DNA of 64,000 nucleotides from an uncultured Candidatus Saccharibacteria bacterium (GCA_964565615.1 CAZMFO010000002.1:16824-80823); one strand, 5' to 3'; shown: positions 30,307-38,641, counted from the first letter of the stretch. Translations and numbers: made by a program. Notes: a model not told the origin generated them from the sequence alone.

Positions 30307-30379
30307 AAGGTCATTTAAGACTATCAAATTCTATCAGAATATCTTTACTATTGCAATCTGTTACAATAGTGTAGTTGTT

Positions 30380-30455
30380 GCCACCTTAGCTCAGTTGGTA
30401 GAGCGACGCATTCGTAACGCGTAGGTCAGCAGTTCAATCCTGCTAGGTGGCTCCA
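30380..30455 (+). tRNA. tRNA-Thr (anticodon CGU), CCA encoded; integration target
   Basis: Acceptor gccacct/aggtggc, loop ttCGTaa, T-arm agcag-ttcaatc-ctgct. The 3' GCTCCA is the left junction of the element. Confidence 0.85.
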
Positions 30456-31986
30456 GAATACGACTTTTTTCAAGATTTGACGGCGTTGCCGTCATTTTTT
30501 GTAGGGTTTGGCGAAAGCCAAACCAAATGTTTTCTTGGGGGGAATGAGATTTTGGATCGCTGGAAGCGACCGCATTTTTGTTTTTGAGTTTGAGGTTCAA
30601 CCCGAAAATTTCCAGCAATAGCGACTTTTTGGCGTTTTGGTCGGCGGAATGAGCGATTTTACAGATAGAAACTGCTCTTTCTAGCCAATTACTCAGCGGT
30701 TCAACCCACTCTAAAGTGCCTAAATGTAAATCGCTCATTTGCTCCTCTATGGTTTTCTTTTGGCTCATAATCTCGGCTTTCTTTTGCGTGTATATTTCAC
30801 GCTCCAAAACGCCGTCAAGAAAACCGTCCAAAAGTCTTTGTAATTTCTCGGACAAATGTGTGAGTTCCCTCCGCATGCCGTTAATTTTACCGTCTATTTG
30901 CTCTTTGTCTGCCAGTTCGTCCGCAGTAGCCCACACACGCATTTTGTCCGCATATTCTTTGGGCAAAGCGAAGCCAGCCAACAGGTCAGATAACTGCTGA
31001 TCTAAAAGTTCAGAACGAACGGCAGGTTCAATACACTTCACAGTTTTGTTTTTACGGCTACACCTATAATAGACATAATGGTGCGTGTTGCCGTTCTTCT
31101 GCCGTTTCGTTTTGTTTTCAGCAGTTATCATCATTCCGCAACTGCAACGCAGTAGTCCGCAGTAGGCTTGTGGCTCTATCAAGCCTTTTGTTGGGTGGCT
31201 TCGCTGTTCTATGACGGCTTGCACTTTATCAAACAGTTTCTTGCTAATAATTGGCGTATGTTTACCCTCGTGTACCTCGCCGCCATATATGAAATGACCG
31301 TAATAAAACGGATTTTTCAAGATATATTTAACCTTGTCTTTGCTATACGGCTTACCACCGCTAGTCTTAACGCCACGCTCAAACAAATAATCTGATATAT
31401 CTTGAAAAGTGCTTTGCCCCAAAGAATATAGAACAAAAATCGCTTCAACTAATTCGGCTTGGCGTTTGTCTATATGCACCGTTTTACTTTTGGTGTTGTT
31501 ATAGTAGCCAAATGGGGCAATTCCGGGGAACTCGCCACGCCGAATTTTTTGGCGAAGCCCACGCTTGGTATTCTCGCTCAAATTATCTACATAGTATTTG
31601 CTCTGACCAAAAGCAATGTTCAGCATAAACTTACCCTGACTGGTATTCTCAAACCAAAAAGTCTGAAACTTTAAGTCAGCTAGGTGGTTTTGGTCAAGCA
31701 AATAGATAATTTGTCCACCGTCAATGCTGTTTCTTGCTAGTCTATCGGGGTGCCACGCTAGTATTGCGTTGGCTTCGCCATTTTGTATGCGTTTTAACAC
31801 TTCGGCGAACTTCGGGCGACCTGGTGTTTTAGCAGATTTCTTTTCAATAACGGTATCTATCACGACTAAGCCGTTATCTTTAGCGTACTTCCGAAGTTCT
31901 GCCAGCTGTGCCTCAATAGACAAGACTTGCTTGTCCTCAACGTCTGTACTCTTACGAGCATACAAAATGTAGCGATTTTTGTTCAT
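30391..31986 (-). CDS. large serine recombinase (integrase)
   Basis: Resolvase-type catalytic N-terminus (YILYARKSTDVEDKQVLSIEAQ, HPDRLARN), recombinase domain, Cys-rich zinc ribbon (CGLLRCSCG...YYRCSRK) and a coiled-coil region. The ORF runs through the attachment core into the tRNA-Thr sequence. Confidence 0.9.
   Translation of the reverse strand: MNKNRYILYARKSTDVEDKQVLSIEAQLAELRKYAKDNGLVVIDTVIEKKSAKTPGRPKFAEVLKRIQNGEANAILAWHPDRLARNSIDGGQIIYLLDQNHLADLKFQTFWFENTSQGKFMLNIAFGQSKYYVDNLSENTKRGLRQKIRRGEFPGIAPFGYYNNTKSKTVHIDKRQAELVEAIFVLYSLGQSTFQDISDYLFERGVKTSGGKPYSKDKVKYILKNPFYYGHFIYGGEVHEGKHTPIISKKLFDKVQAVIEQRSHPTKGLIEPQAYCGLLRCSCGMMITAENKTKRQKNGNTHHYVYYRCSRKNKTVKCIEPAVRSELLDQQLSDLLAGFALPKEYADKMRVWATADELADKEQIDGKINGMRRELTHLSEKLQRLLDGFLDGVLEREIYTQKKAEIMSQKKTIEEQMSDLHLGTLEWVEPLSNWLERAVSICKIAHSADQNAKKSLLLEIFGLNLKLKNKNAVASSDPKSHSPQENIWFGFRQTLQKMTATPSNLEKSRILEPPSRIELLTYALRMRRSTN
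30451..30586 (+). repeat. IR arm A (136 bp), left-terminal copy
   Basis: Reverse complement of 32132-32267 with one mismatch by eye (30556 vs 32162). That mismatch is synonymous (GAT/GAC Asp) in the recombinase frame. Confidence 0.9.
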
Positions 31987-32131
31987 AGCAATTACCCCCA
32001 TAATTTTAATGACCGCCCCAGTTGCGTACAATCAAGAGAAATCTTGTTTGTCTGGGACGGTCATTAAAAAAGACCTCTCTGTTAGATTGTACGCACTACC
32101 ATTTTACCAAATAAAAACCGCCTATGGCGGG

Positions 32132-32517
32132 CAAAAACAAAAATGCGGTCGCTTCCAGCGACCCAAAATCTCATTCCCCCCAAGAAAACATTTGGTTTGG
32201 CTTTCGCCAAACCCTACAAAAAATGACGGCAACGCCGTCAAATCTTGAAAAAAGTCGTATTCTGGAGCATTTCTACCGAAACGCTAGAACCTATTTTAGC
32301 AAAAACCAACAGATAAGAACAGATGTGAAGTGGAAAAAAGAGGACAACCTGCGAAACCAGCCCCGCCGTTAGCTTGCGAAAGTCGCAAGCCCGCCCCGCC
32401 AGCCCTGGATTTTGATTGTTTTTGGATTTCCCCCCGCCGAATTTCTTTTTTGTAGTTGAGAAAATCCAGGTCTGTCGGGTCGGCTGCCGAAAACGGCAGA
32501 AACGGCGTGGCTTTGGG
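32132..32517 (+). repeat. internal 386-bp unit (A' + core + B), an inverted copy of the joined element ends
   Basis: 32132-32267 is the reverse complement of 30451-30586; 32268-32517 is the reverse complement of 35372-35621 (250/250 by eye). Confidence 0.9.
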
Positions 32518-32584
32518 GCAAAACGCCTGTGCTTGGTACAGATATAGGTTCCTGTTATACTAAAGAAAAGATTTTGGAGGTTTT

Positions 32585-34762
32585 ATGTCTTTTGAAGTTG
32601 TTAAGCAATATGAAACACCGCCCAATGAGTTTAACCCGCTCGCTGGACACCCTGACCCAGAGCAATTGACACTAGATAGTCTACGTCAAGGTACTTTGCT
32701 TGCAGGGCGGGAAAAGCCGCTCACATGGGAGCTTGATGAAATCACTTCGGAAGGTGCTTTGCACCGTTACCGCGCACAAGCGGAGATTGAAGCACTTATC
32801 AACCTTGCAGAACGCGGGCCAGTCGAAGTTGAAATTGATGAGACACAAAAGGAGACCTTACGCTCACTCTACAGCTCAGAAGTGTTTGACCCAGAGGTTG
32901 TGATACGGCTTGACCACCTCGGCTACAAGGGGCGTCCGCCACTTGAGCATGACGTTAAAGCAGTTGAAGTATACCTCGCAGAGTTGCTTGACGAAGCTGA
33001 TTTGGGACATCTCAAAGAGTGGGTTCACTTCGGTATGACATCGGAAGATACCAACAACCTTGCCTATAATTACATGCTGCGCGACGCGGCAAACAAAGTT
33101 GTTATACCATCAGTGGCGCGAGTTGCCGACAGATTGGCACATCTTGCGGCTATCTATGCTGACACGCCGACACTTGGCACGACCCACGCGCAAAAGGCTT
33201 CGCCAACGACTGTCGGCAAACAGTTTGGCTACCTACTCTCAAACATCACTCAAGTTGTCGGCGAGCTGGACGAACAGCGACTGACGGGCAAATTCAGCGG
33301 CGCAGTCGGCAATCACAATCCAATGTCGGTACTTTTTCCAGATTTTGACTATGACGCATATGCAAGGGATTTTGTTGAGTCACAAGGCTTTGATTATTCG
33401 CCGGTTGAAAATCAGCGCAATAATCATTTAGCAGTAACCGATTTCCTCGATACTGTGCAGCGTCTGGCGGTTGTCGGCAAAGATGGAACCGATAATGTCT
33501 GGCTGCAAATATTGAACGGCACACTCAAGCAAAAACTGGTTGCGGGTGAAAAAGGTTCATCTACCATGTCGCACAAAATCAATCCGTGGCGACTTGAGAA
33601 CAGCGAATCATTGTTTGAACAGGCTATCGCCTTATCAGGGCGAGTAAGCGAGGGGCTTGTGGCTAGTCGCCACGAACGCGATTTATCAGATCACGATTGG
33701 CAGCGTGCCTATGGCGATATTTTAGGTAGACTGGTCGCTGGCTATAACTATTTTGCAATCCAACTTGACCGCTTGGCTGTCGATGAAGCGCAAACCGGAA
33801 AAACACTCGCCGAATCAGCAGAAGTATTAAGCGAACTAATACAAACAGCAGGTCGGGTATCGGGCGACCCCGAAGCATACGATAAGGTTGTTACACTAAC
33901 CCAGGGCAAGAAGCTTGATTATGCGGGTATTCAGGAAGTCATTAAAGCAGCTTTGCCAGACGGTGAACTACGCGACAGAGTGCTTGCTACAACCCCCGAA
34001 AGTTATACCGGTATTGCAGGCGATAAGGCGCGCGAGGCGGTGTTGGGCTGGCATGCAATCAAAGGTGTAGTTTTACGCGGCGTGCTTGATGAGTCAACCA
34101 GTGTAGACGCAGTGCTGTTTGATTTTGACAATACTTTGCACTTTGGCGACAAAGACGAATTGTTCGCGCGCTTGTCGAGTATTGCTTCGCAGCTTGGCTC
34201 TGGCTATACAGAGGAAGAAATCCGCACTTTCGGAAATCGCAGCGATTATCTCGAAATGAAAAAACTCATGGTCGAAGAACATAATCGCCGCTTCCCGAAT
34301 AGCCGCATTTCTGAGGCTGATTTTCAGGAGGCTAACGATTCGGTAACAGGCAGTTTTGACTACTTGCTCACACCAGCGCCGAGAGCAGCAGAGATTTTGG
34401 AACAGCTACGCGATTCTGGCAAAAAAACGGGGCTGGTAACAACGCGCGGCAATAATTCGCGCGATAGATTGCTACAACATCATGGCCTTGCCGATTCATT
34501 TGATGTTATTGTTGGTCGCGGCGATGCCGCGCAGCGCAAACCGCACCCGCAGCCAATCGCCCTCGCGCTTGCAAAGCTAGGCGTCGATAACTACAGGCGC
34601 ACCCTGTATGTTGGCGATTTGCAGATTGACGACGTGGGAGCGGGTAATGCGCTCGGCATGAAAACAGCACTTATAAATGACACGCCGCTTGACCCTCAGG
34701 GTCCTGTGCCGACTTACCATTGGGCATCATTAGAACCGCTAGCGCGTAGGTATACGAGGTAA
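32585..34762 (+). CDS. adenylosuccinate lyase-like (fumarate-lyase superfamily) / HAD phosphatase fusion protein
   Basis: PurB-like motifs HFGMTSEDTNN, TLGTTHAQKASPTTVGKQ, GKFSGAVGNHN and the signature GSSTMSHKINPWRLENSE. C-terminal HAD motifs VLFDFDNTL (DxDxT), LVTTRG, KPHPQP, YVGDLQIDDVGAGNA. RBS ggagg upstream. Confidence 0.75.
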   Translation: MSFEVVKQYETPPNEFNPLAGHPDPEQLTLDSLRQGTLLAGREKPLTWELDEITSEGALHRYRAQAEIEALINLAERGPVEVEIDETQKETLRSLYSSEVFDPEVVIRLDHLGYKGRPPLEHDVKAVEVYLAELLDEADLGHLKEWVHFGMTSEDTNNLAYNYMLRDAANKVVIPSVARVADRLAHLAAIYADTPTLGTTHAQKASPTTVGKQFGYLLSNITQVVGELDEQRLTGKFSGAVGNHNPMSVLFPDFDYDAYARDFVESQGFDYSPVENQRNNHLAVTDFLDTVQRLAVVGKDGTDNVWLQILNGTLKQKLVAGEKGSSTMSHKINPWRLENSESLFEQAIALSGRVSEGLVASRHERDLSDHDWQRAYGDILGRLVAGYNYFAIQLDRLAVDEAQTGKTLAESAEVLSELIQTAGRVSGDPEAYDKVVTLTQGKKLDYAGIQEVIKAALPDGELRDRVLATTPESYTGIAGDKAREAVLGWHAIKGVVLRGVLDESTSVDAVLFDFDNTLHFGDKDELFARLSSIASQLGSGYTEEEIRTFGNRSDYLEMKKLMVEEHNRRFPNSRISEADFQEANDSVTGSFDYLLTPAPRAAEILEQLRDSGKKTGLVTTRGNNSRDRLLQHHGLADSFDVIVGRGDAAQRKPHPQPIALALAKLGVDNYRRTLYVGDLQIDDVGAGNALGMKTALINDTPLDPQGPVPTYHWASLEPLARRYTR

Positions 34763-35331
34763 TGGCCGAGAAAATACCAATTTCCGGCGGGCCACACACT
34801 GGCAAAACAACGCTACTTGAAGCGTTAAGAGTGCAGTTTCCAGACGCTCATTTCGTTCCAGAACCTGCCACGAATGTAATTACAAGAGAGCTTGAAACAG
34901 AGCGAGCAAACCCAAGCCATAAACCGCGTGTACCCTGGGTAGACTATCGACAGTTCGGCCCACTCGTTGCCGAAGAATCAGAAGTGCTTGAATCAGATAT
35001 ACCAGAGGCAGCCACAATCGCTTTTCAGGACAGAAGTCTTATCGACACAATCGCATATAGCCGCCTTAATAACTTTGATGAGTTTGTGCCAGAAGTAAGC
35101 CGTAGAGTTGCAATTGCTCGGTACAGCTTTGCGCTAATTTGCCAGCCAGTCGGCGAGTATACCACTACAACAGTCAGGCGAGAAACGCAGGACGAAGCCC
35201 TACAAACACACCTAGAGATTGAGCGTGCTTATAATGAGTCTGGCATTGAAGTCATATCAATCCCTGCAATCAGTACCAATGAGCGCGTTGCGCTCATTAC
35301 AGAAGTCCTGCAATCTCGTAGCTTGGTTTGA
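34762..35331 (+). CDS. small P-loop NTPase (AAA_28/NadR-like, COG3911-type predicted ATPase or kinase)
   Basis: Walker A ISGGPHTGKTTLLEAL, FVPEPAT, FQDRSLIDTIAY; start overlaps the upstream stop (TAATG). Confidence 0.6.
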   Translation: MAEKIPISGGPHTGKTTLLEALRVQFPDAHFVPEPATNVITRELETERANPSHKPRVPWVDYRQFGPLVAEESEVLESDIPEAATIAFQDRSLIDTIAYSRLNNFDEFVPEVSRRVAIARYSFALICQPVGEYTTTTVRRETQDEALQTHLEIERAYNESGIEVISIPAISTNERVALITEVLQSRSLV

Positions 35332-35371
35332 TTTGTATATGTGTCGCTTGCGACACATGGCGGCTCTGCCG

Positions 35372-35626
35372 CCCAAAGCCACGCCGTTTCTGCCGTTTTC
35401 GGCAGCCGACCCGACAGACCTGGATTTTCTCAACTACAAAAAAGAAATTCGGCGGGGGGAAATCCAAAAACAATCAAAATCCAGGGCTGGCGGGGCGGGC
35501 TTGCGACTTTCGCAAGCTAACGGCGGGGCTGGTTTCGCAGGTTGTCCTCTTTTTTCCACTTCACATCTGTTCTTATCTGTTGGTTTTTGCTAAAATAGGT
35601 TCTAGCGTTTCGGTAGAAATGCTCCA
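35372..35626 (+). repeat. IR arm B' (250 bp + CTCCA core), right-terminal copy
   Basis: Perfect reverse complement of 32268-32517; ends ...cggtagaaatgCTCCA, 3 nt before tRNA-Gly. Confidence 0.9.
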
Positions 35627-35629
35627 TTT

Positions 35630-35703
35630 GCGGGATTAGTATAGTGATAGTACGCTTGCTTCCCAAGCAAGAGGTACGAGTTTGATTCTCGTATCCCGCA
35701 CCA
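35630..35703 (+). tRNA. tRNA-Gly (anticodon CCC), CCA encoded
   Basis: Acceptor gcgggat/atcccgc, anticodon stem cttgc/gcaag, loop ttCCCaa, T-arm acgag-tttgatt-ctcgt. Confidence 0.85.
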
Positions 35704-35752
35704 AAATACCTATGCTTGCTTATGTTACTTTAATGAACTATCATTACATACT

Positions 35753-36214
35753 ATGAAGAAATTATGGAGTAGAGAGAAGGAAACAAACTATTCAATCGAA
35801 CAGTTAAGGCAGAGAGATCTAGAGGTTTTTGATCACATTCAAAAATATGGCAAGTTATTGCTGGATACCATGGGTCTTGATGAAGCTATCAGGTTTGAAG
35901 TCGCCGAAAATCGGCAGACAGGTGAGTTTGGTTTGTCAAGACAAGTGTTCAAACGAGCAGACAAGGACGCATTTACCCTGGAGTGGTATCCTCAAACAAA
36001 AGAACCAAGAGAAGTGTCTACTATAGAAAGACGGCTCGATGAGGTCGAAGGATTGCATATCGTAGAGAGCTACATGACAGACTACACATTTCCGTACGAT
36101 AATAGGATAAGAATTCCCTCACAGATGTTTCTGGATATGATTAAGTCTGTGTTTGGTGATTTACCGCAAGATGCCGAGATCGATACAACTATATATTCTA
36201 GAACCGGGTGCTAA
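35753..36214 (+). CDS. hypothetical protein
   Basis: 153-aa ORF, no recognisable motif. Confidence 0.3.
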   Translation: MKKLWSREKETNYSIEQLRQRDLEVFDHIQKYGKLLLDTMGLDEAIRFEVAENRQTGEFGLSRQVFKRADKDAFTLEWYPQTKEPREVSTIERRLDEVEGLHIVESYMTDYTFPYDNRIRIPSQMFLDMIKSVFGDLPQDAEIDTTIYSRTGC

Positions 36215-36257
36215 AGTATCTATCATTTTTTTATACAAACTACTATAATTCTAGGCA

Positions 36258-36611
36258 ATGGCTGATGTAAAAAAATTCTTTCATGATAGGTGGGTTTTGT
36301 TGTTCTTGAGCTCTAGTTTGTTTGTTTTGGTTCTAAATACCTTATTGACCCTCCTTCGTTTGGATAGCAGTAGGGGGAGTTATATTGTTCAGTATAGGAG
36401 CAATCTGGGCTTAGGAGCTTACAACGGAGGAGATCGTACAACTTTTTTTATGTTTATTATTTTTGGAATAATGGTTTTTGCTTTTCAGATTATATTGGGT
36501 AAACGAGCCTATAAGATACATCGTCGATATAGCATTACAATATCAGCACTCTGCTTTTTGTTGCTGGTCTTAACTTTACTCGTAAGCAATTCATTACTAG
36601 CATTACGATGA
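36258..36611 (+). CDS. hypothetical membrane protein
   Basis: 117 aa, 3 predicted TM segments; ATGA-coupled to the downstream glycosyltransferase. Confidence 0.4.
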   Translation: MADVKKFFHDRWVLLFLSSSLFVLVLNTLLTLLRLDSSRGSYIVQYRSNLGLGAYNGGDRTTFFMFIIFGIMVFAFQIILGKRAYKIHRRYSITISALCFLLLVLTLLVSNSLLALR

Positions 36612-38236
36612 AGAATATTGAGATCCCTCTTCAGTCAGAAAAGAAACGACACTATCTTTTTTTTGAGAAGCTACCGGGTATCATTACTTGGTCTATTATT
36701 ATCTTGCCGTTTGTATTGAGTATTTTTGTGGCACATCTGGTAGCAGTGTTGATAATTGCTTTCTTTTTGATCTGGTTTGTTCGGGCGATAGGCTTGAATG
36801 TTCGGGTTATTCAGGGGTGGCGAACAATGAAAGCTCACGAAAAGCTCAATTGGCCAAAAATGCTTGCTCAAATAGAGGACCCAAATAAGGATTACCAGCA
36901 GACCAAGGATTTACCAAAGTGGCATTTTGATAACCTAAAGCGAATTAACAAGAATAGGTCTGTTAATCCCAAAGATATTTACCATGCAATTATTGTCGCT
37001 ACCTATAACGAAAGTCGAGATGTTTTAGAGCCGACAATAAAGTCGGTTTTAGAATCTCATTATGATATGAATAAGGTTATTTTTGTATTGGCTTTTGAGG
37101 AACGAGGCGGTAAAACGGTAGAAGAACAAGCTAAGGCCTTAGTTTCGGAATATAAAGACAAGTTTGCTTACGCTATGGCAGTCAAGCACCCCGATGGATT
37201 GCCTAACGAAGTTGTTGGCAAAGGTGGTAACATTACATACGCTGGGCGAGAACTACAAAAATACCTACAAAAACAAAACATTGACCCTCTTAATGTAATA
37301 GTTACTACTCTGGACTCGGATAATCGTCCGCACATTAATTATTTATCAGCATTAACATACACCTATGCCGTATCTCCGGAGCCTCAATTTGTTTCTTATC
37401 AGCCTATCCCGATTTTTACAAACAATATCTGGGATGTGCCGGCCCCTATGCGTGTTGTGGCAACAGGCAACTCTTTTTGGAACATCATACTATCGCTTCG
37501 GCCACATGCCTTACGCAACTTTGCTTCTCATGCACAGAATATGCAAGCCCTTATAGATACAGATTTTTGGAGTGTTCGTACAATTGTTGAAGATGGTCAT
37601 CAATTCTGGCGAACCTATTTTAGGTACGATGGCAAGCATGAGGTTTATCCAATATTTTTACCAATTTATCAGGATGCCGTTTTGGATAAAAATTATCGCC
37701 GTACACTCAAAGCTCAATTTATCCAGATGCGAAGGTGGGCATATGGCGCATCAGATATTGCTTATGTTGCCGACAAAGCTTGGTTTACTCCAAATAATAT
37801 CTCAAAAACAGATAAATTGATGAAGTTCTTAAGGCTTCTAGAAGGGCACATAAGTTGGTCAACTGCACCTCTAATTTTATCCTTCGCCGCCTTTATTCCT
37901 GCTTGGTTTAATCCCAATGACTTTGCCTCAAATCAGTTGCCACTGTTAGCAAGCCGTATTCAAACAATTGCAATGGCGGGGATTTTTATCACCTTTTTCC
38001 TTGGTATGCGAGCTTTACCACCAAGACCAAATAGATACAAGAAAAGGCGAAATTTTTGGATGATAATCCAATGGGTTTATTTGCCCTTAACTAGCATTGT
38101 GTATAGCTCATTCTCTGCTATTTATTCTCAAACACGATTATTGTTTGGGCGATATTTAGACAAGTTTGATGTTACCGAAAAAGCTGTCAAAACAGATATG
38201 GGAAAAACCGTCGTCGGCCATTCGTCCGAGAAATAG
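36608..38236 (+). CDS. membrane-embedded family 2 glycosyltransferase (processive, cellulose/chitin-synthase-like)
   Basis: AIIVATYNESRDVL, TLDSDN (DxD), QMRRWAYG (QxxRW), N- and C-terminal TM clusters. Confidence 0.75.
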   Translation: MKNIEIPLQSEKKRHYLFFEKLPGIITWSIIILPFVLSIFVAHLVAVLIIAFFLIWFVRAIGLNVRVIQGWRTMKAHEKLNWPKMLAQIEDPNKDYQQTKDLPKWHFDNLKRINKNRSVNPKDIYHAIIVATYNESRDVLEPTIKSVLESHYDMNKVIFVLAFEERGGKTVEEQAKALVSEYKDKFAYAMAVKHPDGLPNEVVGKGGNITYAGRELQKYLQKQNIDPLNVIVTTLDSDNRPHINYLSALTYTYAVSPEPQFVSYQPIPIFTNNIWDVPAPMRVVATGNSFWNIILSLRPHALRNFASHAQNMQALIDTDFWSVRTIVEDGHQFWRTYFRYDGKHEVYPIFLPIYQDAVLDKNYRRTLKAQFIQMRRWAYGASDIAYVADKAWFTPNNISKTDKLMKFLRLLEGHISWSTAPLILSFAAFIPAWFNPNDFASNQLPLLASRIQTIAMAGIFITFFLGMRALPPRPNRYKKRRNFWMIIQWVYLPLTSIVYSSFSAIYSQTRLLFGRYLDKFDVTEKAVKTDMGKTVVGHSSEK

Positions 38237-38239
38237 TGT

Positions 38240-38641
38240 TTATTTGCCATAAAAAGCGTCGTAGTGAACAAAAGCTACCTTGTCAAAGTTTTCTAGCGTC
38301 AGCTTAGTGTTTTGGGCAATTTCTTGAGTGCTAATAATTGCCTGTGATTTAGCAACAAGTTGACTGATAATTGTTTGGGTGAGTGCCGAAGCATCTTTTA
38401 CTGGGGTGGGGCGGTGTTTTAGAGAGTCATAAACACTAATTAGTAGGACATAAGGGTCAAACACAACCAATTTACCACTTTTGAGCCTCACACGAAGCGC
38501 AGATTCGTAGTTTATGGATTCGGTGGTAGAAACAACATTACCACATTGTAGGCACTTCCTGCGCCTCCATATAGCGTTTGAGCGTTTTTGAGGGCGACTG
38601 TTTGTTACCCGAGTAGTCCCTTTACAATAGAGACATTTCAT
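38240..38641 (-). CDS. nrdR: transcriptional repressor NrdR (short form)
   Basis: MKCLYCKG...TNSR...RRRKCLQCGN zinc ribbon followed by an ATP-cone-like region. Confidence 0.8.
   Translation of the reverse strand: MKCLYCKGTTRVTNSRPQKRSNAIWRRRKCLQCGNVVSTTESINYESALRVRLKSGKLVVFDPYVLLISVYDSLKHRPTPVKDASALTQTIISQLVAKSQAIISTQEIAQNTKLTLENFDKVAFVHYDAFYGK

Larger units (their letters stand above)
30456..35626. mobile_element. ~5.2 kb integrative element (large serine recombinase + 2 cargo genes) inserted between tRNA-Thr and tRNA-Gly
   Basis: The same CTCCA core occurs at three junctions: ggtggCTCCAgaatacgac (30446-30464), cggtagaaatgCTCCAgaatacgac (reverse complement of 32254-32278) and cggtagaaatgCTCCAtttgcggg (35611-35634). 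The cargo is clearly more GC-rich than the flanks. Confidence 0.75.

Noticed and set aside
30451-35626. Possibility that the repeated blocks are a CRISPR array or an integron cassette array
   Set aside because: The repeats are 136-386 bp and inverted, not short direct repeats with unique spacers. There is no cas gene, no tyrosine integron integrase, and no attC-sized (60-140 bp) imperfect palindromes.
35219-35639. 124-aa and 103-aa plus-strand ORFs running through IR arm B'. Comparable ORFs lie at 49558-49770 (-) and 51626-51991 (+).
   Set aside because: They lie in repeat DNA, their frames are not conserved between repeat copies, and they have Arg/Gly/Ala-rich composition driven by GC-rich hairpins.
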